Source: a virus
Lineage: Duplodnaviria > Caudoviricetes
Length of the DNA stretch: 59,154 nucleotides
Direction: 5' to 3' (one strand)
Virus record (IMG/VR): IMGVR_UViG_3300044998_000560
Coordinates: 1-59,154 of that record
Below, piece by piece: positions 1 to 10,700 of this stretch (the stretch's first letter is position 1; the number at the start of each line of letters is the position of its first letter). The position numbers and the translations under genes are program-made. The notes beneath the pieces are model-generated. The model worked only from the letters and a program-made list of their open reading frames with translations. It ran no database searches and was not told the DNA's origin.

Positions 1-2
1 GA

Positions 3-785
3 GATATTGGTAAACATCCTCTCGGATGTGAATTAAATGAAAGTGATGTAAATAGGCTCGCTAGAAATGAAGGAACAGATGAATCTATTCACCAAATAAA
101 AGATGATATGTTGGATAAAAAGGTTCCAACAGCACTCATGATGGGCGGTGAATGGAATGAACCACCTTCCACATTTTCTCCAATTTATCCATTCAATTCT
201 GTCAGGGAAACCGAGAGTGGTCATGTTGTTGAATTTGATGACACACCGAATTGGGAACGCATTCATATTTGGCACCGTACGGGAACATTTGAGGAAATAA
301 ATTCTAAAGGAGATAAGGTAGAAAAAATTGTCCGTGATGGATATGAAATCATATTGAGAGATAATTTCATTCATATTTGCGGAAATGCAAACATAACGGT
401 AAATGGAAATATAAATCTTTATACGAAAAAGAATGCACATATTCAAGTTGATAAAGATGCTCTAATCTATGTAAAGGGTGACGTTGACGCAAAAATTGAT
501 GGTGATGTACAAGCAGAAATTGCTGGTCATTTGGATGTTTGTGTCGAAAAGGATATTGCTATCGAATCTTCTGGAAATGCTTCGCTAAAAACACAAAAAA
601 ATATCGTAATTGAAGCTGCTGAAAATGTGGAAATTCACTCCAAATCCGAAACGAAAATTCATTCTGAATCAAATATGTGGTTTCGTACAGATGGAGATTT
701 TGAACATATCGTTGGAGGTAAATATACTGTTACTTCTGGTGGAAACATGGAATTTAAAGCACCAAGGATTGATTTAAATAAATAA
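3..785 (+). CDS. gp5: Baseplate hub/needle protein gp5, C-terminal part (5'-truncated by the window edge)
   Basis: The frame is open from position 3 (DIGKHP...ESDVNRLARNEG), upstream of the track's ATG at 108. It contains YPFNSVRETESGHVVEFDDTP..ERIHIWHRTGTFEEI and VxG/GD beta-helix repeats, ends APRIDLN, and is followed by PAAR and gp25. Confidence 0.9.
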   Translation, partial: DIGKHPLGCELNESDVNRLARNEGTDESIHQIKDDMLDKKVPTALMMGGEWNEPPSTFSPIYPFNSVRETESGHVVEFDDTPNWERIHIWHRTGTFEEINSKGDKVEKIVRDGYEIILRDNFIHICGNANITVNGNINLYTKKNAHIQVDKDALIYVKGDVDAKIDGDVQAEIAGHLDVCVEKDIAIESSGNASLKTQKNIVIEAAENVEIHSKSETKIHSESNMWFRTDGDFEHIVGGKYTVTSGGNMEFKAPRIDLNK

Positions 786-1063
786 TGCCTGCTGTAGTAA
801 GATTAAATGATCTAAGTGCTGGAATTGATGGTGCACCGACACCAGCATCAAGCGCTTCAGAAAACGTTTTTGTAAACAATAGAGGAGTCCACAGAAATGC
901 AGATTCGTGGGTTCCTCATGGTGCACCATTACATTCGAGAATTTCTGTAGGCGGTAGTAATAATGTTTTTGTGAATAATCTAAGAGTCATGAGAGTAAAT
1001 GATACTATATCTTGCGGCGATCGAGCCGGACAAGGAAGTCCAAATGTTTTTTGTAACGGATAA
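785..1063 (+). CDS. gp5.4: PAAR-motif spike tip protein (gp5.4-like)
   Basis: MPAVVRLND, repeated GSxNVFVN / GSPNVF motifs, His/Cys ligands; directly after gp5. Confidence 0.9.
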   Translation: MPAVVRLNDLSAGIDGAPTPASSASENVFVNNRGVHRNADSWVPHGAPLHSRISVGGSNNVFVNNLRVMRVNDTISCGDRAGQGSPNVFCNG

Positions 1064-1070
1064 CTAAATA
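1064..1070 (+). promoter_or_regulatory. Putative gp55-dependent late promoter (CTAAATA)
   Basis: Variant of T4 TATAAATA, 7 nt before the gp25 ATG; the same heptamer class precedes many late genes here. Confidence 0.5.
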
Positions 1071-1077
1071 TAAGAGT

Positions 1078-1461
1078 ATGAGTAAGACATTTAAGGACAT
1101 AGATTTATCTTTTATTCCTCATCCTGTTACAAAAGATATTTCTATTTTAAAGGATGAAGATGCGATAAAACAGGCCGTTAGAAATCTTGTATTCACACAA
1201 AATTATGAAAAACCATTTCGCCCAGATATTGGTTGCCAAACAGTTGGATTGCTTTTTGAAAATATATCTGTCATGACCTCGATCATGATCCAGAAAAGTG
1301 TTGAAAACGTTTTAAAAAATTTCGAGCCAAGAATAAAAATATTAAATGTTTTTGTTGATGTTGCTCCAGATGAAAATGGATATAACTTAACAATAGAATA
1401 TATGATCGTCAATCACCCGAGTCCATATAGATTTACCTTTTTCCTTGAGAGGCTACGATAA
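1078..1461 (+). CDS. gp25: Baseplate wedge subunit gp25
   Basis: FKDIDLSFIPHPVTKD...AIKQAVRNLV.T..YEKPFRP..G, FEPRI; synteny. Confidence 0.95.
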   Translation: MSKTFKDIDLSFIPHPVTKDISILKDEDAIKQAVRNLVFTQNYEKPFRPDIGCQTVGLLFENISVMTSIMIQKSVENVLKNFEPRIKILNVFVDVAPDENGYNLTIEYMIVNHPSPYRFTFFLERLR

Positions 1462-3279
1462 ATGAGCGAAATCGGAAATTTAAGAGTTGCGGAACTTGAT
1501 TTCGATGAAATCAAGGAAAATATAAAAAATTTTTTACGACAACAATCAGAATTTACAGACTTTGATTTTGAAGGAAGTGCTCTTTCTGTTCTAATTGATA
1601 CATTAGCATATAATACACATTATTTGGCTTTTTATATGAATATGCTTTCTTCGGAAGCATTTTTGGATTCTGCGGCATTAAGATCAAGTGTAGTCAGTCA
1701 TGCTAAACATTTAAATTATCTTCCTGTTTCAAGAAAGGCACCTACAGCAATCATAGATATCGAAGTAAATACAGGAATTGCTTCTCCAGCCAACATTGTA
1801 ATACCAAAAAATTATAAATTTTCGACAACAATTGATAATAAATCCTATACATTCGTAACGAATGAGACTTATAATATTGTTCCTGTAAGCGGTCAATATA
1901 AATTAGAAAATGTTGTCATTGTTCAAGGTGAATGGTTCAACATGTCAGATGTCGTGAATAATTCTTTACCTAAACAGAGATTTGTAATTCCTGATCCAAA
2001 TGTTGACACATCTACTATTTCTGTCCGTGTTCAAACTTCGACAACCAATCTAGAACAAGAAGTGTTTGAATATGCTTCCGATTTTACGATTTTGACACCT
2101 GATTCTAGAGTATTTTTCTTACAAGAAGTCGAAAATGGAAAATATGAAATATATTTTGGTGATGGAGTTCTTGGAAAAAAATTAATTGATGGGAATATCG
2201 TTATTGTCGATTATCTCGTAACTGACGGACAAGACGCAAATAAAGCTGGCGGTGGTGGTTCTGCTGGAAGATTTATTCCGTCAAGTCCATTAGATGGATT
2301 TACAGATATCATAGTTACAACAGTTACTCCTGCATTTGGAGGGGCAGAAAGAGAAAACATAGAACGGATTCGTTTTTCTGCTCCGAAGAATTTTCAAACA
2401 CAAAATAGAGCCGTCACTGTAAATGATTATAAAACATTGATTAGACGTGATTATCCAAATGCGAGTAGCATTTCGGTTTGGGGCGGTGAATCACATGTCC
2501 CTGTAACATATGGAAAAGTATTCATTAGTATAAAACCTGTAGAAGGGTTGGAACTTACAAATACAACAAAAGAATTTATTAAGAAGAATATTATTTCGCG
2601 TTACAACATCGTTTCTTTAATACCAGAAATTGTAGATCCGGAATACATTTATTTGATAATTGATAGCACCGTAAAATATAATGCTTCGAAGTTGACAATA
2701 CCTGTTGGAAATTTGAGAGATAATACAATATTGACTATTCGCAATTTTGCAAAAGAGAATATAGATGCGTTTGAAAGAATTTTTCAGTATAGTAGATTAT
2801 TAACATCAATAGATAATTCTAATGTAGCAATTACATCAAATATTACAAAAATTAAAATGCGGAAAGAATTTGTTCCCCGCATAAATGAAAAAGAAACTTA
2901 TAGAATCAATTTTAATAATCCAATTGTACCAGGTTCTTTGTTCAGCAATAAATTTTTAATCACAAATGATTCAATGATTAATTATTTTCCTGGAGATGAA
3001 TATTACTTTGATGATGATTTCGAAGGAAATTTGAGAATTTATAAAATTTTCGAAAGTAAAAAGGTTATAATGAAAAAATTAAGCGGAACAATCAACTATA
3101 TGACAGGAGAAGTTATTATTTCCAATTTTATTCCATCTTCTGTTGTGAATGGAAATCACATTCAATTGACTGTTGTTCCTGAAAATACGGATATTATTCC
3201 AAAAAGAAACGACATTATTACACTTCTAAACACCGATATTGTTGTAAAAGTACAACCTGAGGCTCCGGTAATTGTATAA
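1462..3279 (+). CDS. gp6: Baseplate wedge subunit gp6
   Basis: LDFDEIKENIK.FL..QSEFTDFDFEGS.LS.LID.LAYNTHY, QNRAVT..DY, VWGGE. Confidence 0.95.
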   Translation: MSEIGNLRVAELDFDEIKENIKNFLRQQSEFTDFDFEGSALSVLIDTLAYNTHYLAFYMNMLSSEAFLDSAALRSSVVSHAKHLNYLPVSRKAPTAIIDIEVNTGIASPANIVIPKNYKFSTTIDNKSYTFVTNETYNIVPVSGQYKLENVVIVQGEWFNMSDVVNNSLPKQRFVIPDPNVDTSTISVRVQTSTTNLEQEVFEYASDFTILTPDSRVFFLQEVENGKYEIYFGDGVLGKKLIDGNIVIVDYLVTDGQDANKAGGGGSAGRFIPSSPLDGFTDIIVTTVTPAFGGAERENIERIRFSAPKNFQTQNRAVTVNDYKTLIRRDYPNASSISVWGGESHVPVTYGKVFISIKPVEGLELTNTTKEFIKKNIISRYNIVSLIPEIVDPEYIYLIIDSTVKYNASKLTIPVGNLRDNTILTIRNFAKENIDAFERIFQYSRLLTSIDNSNVAITSNITKIKMRKEFVPRINEKETYRINFNNPIVPGSLFSNKFLITNDSMINYFPGDEYYFDDDFEGNLRIYKIFESKKVIMKKLSGTINYMTGEVIISNFIPSSVVNGNHIQLTVVPENTDIIPKRNDIITLLNTDIVVKVQPEAPVIV

Positions 3280-6206
3280 TGGAAAAACAATTCATTTCAA
3301 CCTCAATATTAGAACAACTACCCCGCTATATTTTAGCAGATTACCAGACATTTGCCAGATTTTTACAAGCCTATTTCGAATGGCTGGAATTAGATACCAG
3401 TGTTGTAGGTAAATTGGATAGATTTAAGGATTTTCGTGATATAGATAATACACTAATCGAATTTGTCAAACATTTTGAAAGCGAATATCTTTTTAATATT
3501 CCTAAGAATCTTTATAGTGAAAATGGTGTTTCGGTGAATAAGGCTTCTCTTATAAAACACATAAAGCAATTTAATCAAACGCGAGGAACAGAAAATTCTT
3601 TTAAACTCCTTTTTAGAATACTTTTCAATGAGGATGTTGAATTTTATTATCCAAAGAGCGATATGCTTTATGTTTCTGATGGAAAGTGGTCGTTTGATGA
3701 GATTTTGAGATGTACAACAAATAATGATACGTTTTCTTTTATAGGAAAAAGAATATATGGTGTAACAAGCGGTGCTTCCGCCGCTGTCGAAAATATATTT
3801 AATATTCAAATAGATCAAGAACTTGTTTCAGAATTATATATTTCTGGAATAATAGGAACTTTCCTTCCGGGTGAACAAATACGAATCACTATAGATGATG
3901 TTGATTATTTTGAAACACTATTTAATATGGTTTCAAAAATAAATGTGATTGTACCAGGGATTGGATATAAAGTTGGTGATCCTATAATTATTATCGGGTC
4001 TAATAGTGGTGCTATTGCCGCTGAAGCCACAGTAGAAAAGGTAAAAGGGCGCATTTCAGACAATATAGCAGTAATTGATGGAGGATTTGGTTACAATTAT
4101 CCTCCAACAGTACAAATTATAGGAACAGGTTTTGACGCAAAAGCGGAAGCAAAACTTTCTCCAACAGGGTTATTAAAGATTGAATTGATTAATAGTGGTT
4201 CTGGATTCGATATATTGAACCCCCCTTCTATTGAATTTATTCCAAATATTATTTCATTAGAATTAATGGATATTTCGGATATTTTTCAAGTAGGAGAAAT
4301 AGTTATAGGGCAGACTACAAACAGATCGGGTATCGTAAAGAGATTTTATTTTGAAAGTGGTAAATATTATGTTGATTTAGAATCTTGTTCTGGTGTATTT
4401 CAAATAGATGAAAATATTGAAGGACAAACAAGTAATTCTACGGCAAAAATAACAGATATGACTCCATCAGGAGCAATTGCTATTGCTGTAGTCGCAAATA
4501 ATACAACGATTGAAAGAATTGATATATTAAATTCTGGACAAGGATTTGTTGATATTCCTAGAGTTGTTGTTCGAAATCAAGATGATTCTATTAATAATTC
4601 AGTTGTTGCTAGAGCATATTTAAATCCAACAACGGTATCACAAATAATTTTATTAAATGGTGGAAGAGATTATACTTCAGAAGGTAATATTTTTGTTAAG
4701 TTTTCTGGAGGTTTTTTGGATGAGGGTAGGGATGCCGTAGCTTTAGCAGAAATTGAAGGTGGTATTGTAAATGTTTTAATTAATAATCCCGGTATTCGTT
4801 ATGATGTTGTTCCATCATATTCATTGAGTTACGCTTCAGGAACAGGTGCCCAGCTTTCTTTTGAAATTGGACCAAAATATAAGAATCAAGGTAGATGGTT
4901 GAATACAGATAGTTTCATTTCTTCCGATAAATTTATACAAGATTCTTTTTATTATCAGGTATTTTCTTATGTTTTAAAATCGACACAAAGCATTAATTCA
5001 TATCGTGATGTGGTAAAAAATATATTACATCCCGCAGGACTGATGTTATTTGGAACAACAATTTTAACATCATTCTTTCAGCTTGGTCCAACATATTCTA
5101 GCTTAGAAGGTGAAAAATTTAGGTATTTGCCTAGAGAAAAAACAACGATTTCTTACCCATTCCCGAATAATACTTATTGGAATACATACGCAAACACTCA
5201 AATATTCCCATGGTTAGGAACAATAATTGGTGATATTACATTAAACCCTAAGTCAAGAACAAATTGGATTCCTGATGTTTTTGTAAATGTATTTAATCCT
5301 ACATTTGATGTTCCTACAACAGGTATGTTGGTTGAATATAATTTCATTGAAGGTGTAAATCCTCAGTTATTATATGATATTAGTGATAATCCAAAATATA
5401 ATGGAATATTAGGTAATACCATATTACAAGATATTAATGATCCTGAATGGGTTTCAACTGGACTTAGATTTGACGGACATTTTGTAAATTGTACGACTAT
5501 TCCAGTAAATCAGTTAGAAAAGACAATTATTGTTGTTGCTAAAATTGAACGTTTTGATAGACCTGCTTCTATTGTGGGATGTTTGGATAATGATAATTTA
5601 AATTTTGTATCCGGATATAGTATCAATGTGAATACAAATAAATCTATTAAATTTGTTACACAAAAGAGAGTATTATCTCCTCCAGGAACATTTAAGATTG
5701 AATATGATACAGCCCCAAACAGTATTTCAGAAACATCATGGTTTATGGTAGCATTGCGTTATAAAGATAACAGAATGATAGTTAATTTTAATAATGAACC
5801 TTCGGTGTTTGTTGATTTTCCTGTAAATGTTGTTTCTCGTGGTATTTTAAATAATTCGAAAGGTTTTTATTATGGAAACCAAGGTTATACACCACCCCTA
5901 TCAGAAGGTTCATTTTATGGATCATCGTTTTATGGAAAAACATTATATGGTGCTGGATCCGAAGTAAGTATTACGTTTATACCAATTAACTCGTTATTTA
6001 ATGAATCATTGTTCAATGAAGTATTTTTCGATGGAAATGTTGAACAACAAATTACATTCGTTCAACCTGTTATTGGTCAACCATTATTAAATGGTATTAT
6101 TGCTTATTCCTATATCTATAATCGTTTAATTACCGATGAAGAGACGGAGGCAATTTATGTTTCATTGCGGACTTCTTTAAATTCAAGAGGAGTATTTCTT
6201 CCTTAA
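3279..6206 (+). CDS. gp7: Baseplate wedge initiator gp7-like, with GxGY repeat modules and a C-terminal LamG/ConA-like region
   Basis: FL.AYFEWLE, RGTENSFKLLFRILF, IQDSFYYQ.FSYVLKS, LHPAG; lies between gp6 and gp8. Confidence 0.85.
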   Translation: MEKQFISTSILEQLPRYILADYQTFARFLQAYFEWLELDTSVVGKLDRFKDFRDIDNTLIEFVKHFESEYLFNIPKNLYSENGVSVNKASLIKHIKQFNQTRGTENSFKLLFRILFNEDVEFYYPKSDMLYVSDGKWSFDEILRCTTNNDTFSFIGKRIYGVTSGASAAVENIFNIQIDQELVSELYISGIIGTFLPGEQIRITIDDVDYFETLFNMVSKINVIVPGIGYKVGDPIIIIGSNSGAIAAEATVEKVKGRISDNIAVIDGGFGYNYPPTVQIIGTGFDAKAEAKLSPTGLLKIELINSGSGFDILNPPSIEFIPNIISLELMDISDIFQVGEIVIGQTTNRSGIVKRFYFESGKYYVDLESCSGVFQIDENIEGQTSNSTAKITDMTPSGAIAIAVVANNTTIERIDILNSGQGFVDIPRVVVRNQDDSINNSVVARAYLNPTTVSQIILLNGGRDYTSEGNIFVKFSGGFLDEGRDAVALAEIEGGIVNVLINNPGIRYDVVPSYSLSYASGTGAQLSFEIGPKYKNQGRWLNTDSFISSDKFIQDSFYYQVFSYVLKSTQSINSYRDVVKNILHPAGLMLFGTTILTSFFQLGPTYSSLEGEKFRYLPREKTTISYPFPNNTYWNTYANTQIFPWLGTIIGDITLNPKSRTNWIPDVFVNVFNPTFDVPTTGMLVEYNFIEGVNPQLLYDISDNPKYNGILGNTILQDINDPEWVSTGLRFDGHFVNCTTIPVNQLEKTIIVVAKIERFDRPASIVGCLDNDNLNFVSGYSINVNTNKSIKFVTQKRVLSPPGTFKIEYDTAPNSISETSWFMVALRYKDNRMIVNFNNEPSVFVDFPVNVVSRGILNNSKGFYYGNQGYTPPLSEGSFYGSSFYGKTLYGAGSEVSITFIPINSLFNESLFNEVFFDGNVEQQITFVQPVIGQPLLNGIIAYSYIYNRLITDEETEAIYVSLRTSLNSRGVFLP

Positions 6207-6210
6207 ATGG

Positions 6211-6217
6211 ATAAATA
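6211..6217 (+). promoter_or_regulatory. Putative late promoter (ATAAATA)
   Basis: Just upstream of the gp8 ATG. Confidence 0.5.
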
Positions 6218-6222
6218 ACTAT

Positions 6223-7755
6223 ATGTCTGCTATTTTACAAAATAATTTTAGAGTATCTGCGGCAAAAAAATTCATTTCTCAAATTGGCCAAACTTCCAAT
6301 ATAGCATATGTTTTTATTGGAAAATCAACACCTTGGGATAATGAAAACAGTCCTCCTGTTCCGAATAATTGGGTTCAAACGACATTTGATGCATATGATG
6401 ATATGCTTTTTTTGAAGCGCATTATTCCTAATGATGTTCATTTAGTTATTCGCCGAAATAATTGGAAAAGAGCGACAATTTATGAAACATATGCACACAA
6501 TGAAGAATTGTTTGATCCTGCTCGTGGTATAAAGCCATTTTATGTAGTAACAGATGAATTGAATGTTTATAAATGTATTAGTAATGGATACGGAAAACCA
6601 TCAATCAATAAACCTACAGGAAGAAGTAGAAACATTTTTTCGAGCGGTGATGGATATTTGTGGAAATATATGTATTCCATCACCAGTGATTTAGAAAAAT
6701 TTGTTACACCGGATTTTATTCCTGTTCCTGAAATAGGTTCATCTGTTATCAATGATTATGGTATCGAACACATTAAAATTGTGAATGGTGGTTCTGGATA
6801 TACAGGTTCTACAATCAATTTAAATATAACCGGTAACGGAAGCAATTGTCAGGCATATGGTAAAATTGAAAATGGTGTTATAACAGAAGTTGTTATTACT
6901 AATAGAGGAAGAGGATATAGAAATGCTTCTGCTACTTGCGCTGCCCCTCCTTTAGGTGGAACACAAGCAACATTTAATGCGATTATATCACCACCCGGTG
7001 GTCATGGATCGAACCCTGCCATCGAACTTGGTGGTCATTTTGTGATGATGATTGCGAGATTCAATAGAGATGAGTCAAAGAGAATAAGTGTGTCGAATGA
7101 TTTTAGAAAAATTGGAATCATCGAGAATCCGAAGAGTTTTACCGGTAATAATATATTAACGAATAACATTTTATCAATGATTCATAAATTACATTTTTCT
7201 TCTGTGATAGGATTAAATGCATTCGAACCTGATGAAATTGTTGCCGGAAATATAAGTGGCGCTTCAGCAACAGTTGTCGATTATGATAATGTGGAACAAG
7301 AATTAGGTTTGATTAATATTTCTGGAGAATTTTTTCCTGGAGAACAATTAACAGGGCAAACTACAGGATGTGTTGGAATTTTGAATATAGGCGCAAATTC
7401 ATCTGGTACATGCCAATCTGGTGGAATTTCTTCTGTAGTTCTTGGAACAAATGCTCCTTTAAATTTGAAAAAAGAAGGATTTTCTACGGTAATAAGAATA
7501 ACGGGCGGAAAGGGTGCTGGACAAATAAAAACATTAGATGTAGATTCATATGATCCCAATACAAAACAAATAAATATTATAGGGTTTTGGGAATTAAGTT
7601 TAATTCCTGATTCAACAAGCACATATGTAATATCATGGATAAAATATCCTGATGTAGCGAAAGATAGCGGCAATCTTTTACTTATCGAACACAGAAGACC
7701 AATTTCTCGTGCTGATGACCAAGTAGAAGAAATAAAAATTTGTGGTGAATGGTAA
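6223..7755 (+). CDS. gp8: Baseplate wedge subunit gp8
   Basis: YVFIGKSTPW, FYVVTDELNVYKCISN, DGYLWKYMY, PPGGHGSNP..ELG, RRPISRADDQVEEIK. Confidence 0.92.
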   Translation: MSAILQNNFRVSAAKKFISQIGQTSNIAYVFIGKSTPWDNENSPPVPNNWVQTTFDAYDDMLFLKRIIPNDVHLVIRRNNWKRATIYETYAHNEELFDPARGIKPFYVVTDELNVYKCISNGYGKPSINKPTGRSRNIFSSGDGYLWKYMYSITSDLEKFVTPDFIPVPEIGSSVINDYGIEHIKIVNGGSGYTGSTINLNITGNGSNCQAYGKIENGVITEVVITNRGRGYRNASATCAAPPLGGTQATFNAIISPPGGHGSNPAIELGGHFVMMIARFNRDESKRISVSNDFRKIGIIENPKSFTGNNILTNNILSMIHKLHFSSVIGLNAFEPDEIVAGNISGASATVVDYDNVEQELGLINISGEFFPGEQLTGQTTGCVGILNIGANSSGTCQSGGISSVVLGTNAPLNLKKEGFSTVIRITGGKGAGQIKTLDVDSYDPNTKQINIIGFWELSLIPDSTSTYVISWIKYPDVAKDSGNLLLIEHRRPISRADDQVEEIKICGEW

Positions 7756-7769
7756 CTTATTAAAAATAA

Positions 7770-7777
7770 TATAAATA
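7770..7777 (+). promoter_or_regulatory. Late promoter TATAAATA
   Basis: Exact T4 late consensus 10 nt before the ATG at 7788. Confidence 0.65.
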
Positions 7778-7787
7778 ATAGAGAATT

Positions 7788-10700
7788 ATGCCAACAGTAT
7801 TTTCAACATCACCTTATTACGACGATTACGATAAAAATAAAAAATTTTATCGCATATTATTCCGTCCAGGAACGGCGGTTCAGGCAAGAGAACTGACTCA
7901 ATTACAGACTATTTTTGGGAACCAAATTGAACAATTTGCTGACCATATTTTTAAGAATGGTGCTCAAGTAAAACCCGGACAAATTGCATATGATTTGGAA
8001 CTTTCGTTTGTAAAAATTGAACCTACGATTAATGGATTTCCTATCAATTTAAATGATATTGACCCAGATAATCAAAATAATGTGGGTGATATTTTCATTG
8101 AAGGGGAGAGAAGCGGTGTAAAAGCGAAAGTTATTAAAATTGTTGGTTTAGAAGGTTCAGACCCATTTACTATTTTTGTGAAATATGTAAATAAAGGTAC
8201 TAATGGGACCTCTTCCACATTTGATAAAGGTAATGTTGATGCAATTCCAACACCTATTCAAGCAGAAAATTTGAGAAAAGTTGGATCTGCGAATCCATTT
8301 GCTAAAATAATGGATAGTAATATGGATCCTTTAGGAAACGGATGTTCTGTTTCTATTGAAGCGGGTGTATATTATGTGAATGGTATTTTTGCTAACGTCG
8401 AAAGGCAAACAATAATTTTAGACAAATATACAAATACACCTACTTATAAAATTGGATTAGAGGTAATTGAATCAATAATTACATCATCCGAAGACGATTC
8501 ATTAAACGATAATGCTCAAGGATCAAGCAATTTTGCCGCTCCCGGTGCTCACAGATATTCAGTGAGTTTGAATTTAGTAAAAAGAAACGTTTCTTCTTTA
8601 ACAGAAGATAATCAAAACTTTGTTGAATTGTTGAGATTAAAAAATGGAATTAGAGAAAAACAAGTAGAAGAAACTGCTTATAGTTTATTAGAAGAAACTT
8701 TGGCTCGTAGAACATATGATGAATCCGGTGATTACTATATACGTCCATTTGGTATTGATATTCGTGAACATTTGAAAACAGATACAAACAGAGGAGTATA
8801 TCCAATTTCTTCTCCTGACCCAGGAGCAAAATTGGGAGAAGAATCTAAATTAGCAGTCGGTATAGAACCATCAAAAGCATATGTGAAAGGATATGAAATT
8901 CAAACTTTGGCAACCACATGGTTAGATGTTGATAAAGCGAGAGATACACTCGTTTCTAACAATTCTTCTATAAGAGCAAATTTTGGTAATTGGGTTTATG
9001 TATGGAATCCCTATAATTTCCCATCAATCAATAATTATCAAAAAATCAATCTTTATGATATTTCTGTTCTTTATGATTCTAACGGACAAATATCGAATGC
9101 TTCTACATTTGGTTCTTTAACACCTATTGGTACCGCAAGGGTTCGTGGATTTGAATATGTTTCCGGAACACCAGGAAATCCATTTTCGAATCCAACAGCG
9201 ATATATAAAATGTATCTTTTTGATATTCAGATGGTTTCCGGAAAACAATTTTCTGAAGTAAATTCTTTCTATTCTCCAACAGATTTTAGTGATGATCCTG
9301 TTGCCGGAATAATTTGCCAAGATTTATATTTGATAAATGCGAACATTTCTCCTTCTCCCAATGACGTTGTTATCTCTTCAACAGGAAGAGTAACAATTGT
9401 TTCATACAATTCATCATCTGGTTCCGCAATTGTCAGACCAACAATTAATACAGGTTCAACATTTTATCCAAAAGTTTTAAAGAATGAATTTGTAACCTAT
9501 GGTGTTTCCGGAACAGCAAAAGTGGGTGAATTGTTGAGTATCCAAGAAACAGGATCAAATACATTAATTTATAGGTTACCAAAAACAGCAATCAAAACTG
9601 TGAAAGGAGAAAATAATCAAGTTGATACAACGTATACAATAAAGCGTGTTATTGTAACCACAATTACAAACAATACAATTCTTGTGAATGTTAGTGGTGA
9701 TGAAGTTTTTGATACATTTAATTTAACAGATTATATCCTTTCCGTTGCAGAAAATTCTTCCAATTTTAGAGGGCATATCATTAATTTGAATGGTCTTCCT
9801 GTGAATGTTTCTGGATCTACTTTAACAATAGGTGGTCTTAATGCTTATAATGGACTCCAGGTAAAATTAATTGCTCCTGTAGTTAAACTTGTCGCTACAA
9901 GTAAAGCAAAAGATTTACAAACAAAAACACAAACATTTGCAACATATAATATTGATTCCGTGAATTACTTAGATGAAGTTGATATATATTCTCTCATTAG
10001 TATTAAAGATTTTTATGGAAATGATGTTACAGAAAGATTTTCATTCGATAATGGACAGAGAGATTCTTTTTATCAACGCGGTTCTTTTTTGTTAAGAAAA
10101 GGATCTACTCCTCCAGATTCTCCGATTACTGTTGAATATTCATTCTTTAGACATGGATCTGGAGGTGATTATTTCTCTGTTGATTCGTATAACCAAAACC
10201 AAATTAATTATAGTAATATTCCAACATATATAAGCCGTGATACGGGGCAAGTATATCAATTATCGAACTGTTTAGATTTTAGACCAAGGACAAATATCGC
10301 TTCTGAAGGACCGATGAGCGATTATCCTATAGGGCAATCTGAAATTTTAAAACCAAATGCGAATGTTCGTTGCGATTTTCAATATTATGTCGGAAGATTC
10401 GACAAAATATTTTTAACAAAGCGAGGAGAATTTAAAGTTGTTCGTGGTATTGCATCCGAAAGACCGCAAGAACCGCAAGATATTGCGGATGCAATGTTAC
10501 TCTATACATTATTTATTCCTGCTTATACATATTCTCCATCTTCTGTATCCGTGAAAAGAATTGATAATAGAAGATATACGATGCGTGATATCGGTAAACT
10601 CGAAAAACGCATTTTGAATCTCGAATATTATACAACATTAAGTTTGCTCGAAAAAGAAACTGCTGATATGTATATTCCTGATGATTCGACAGGATTGAAT

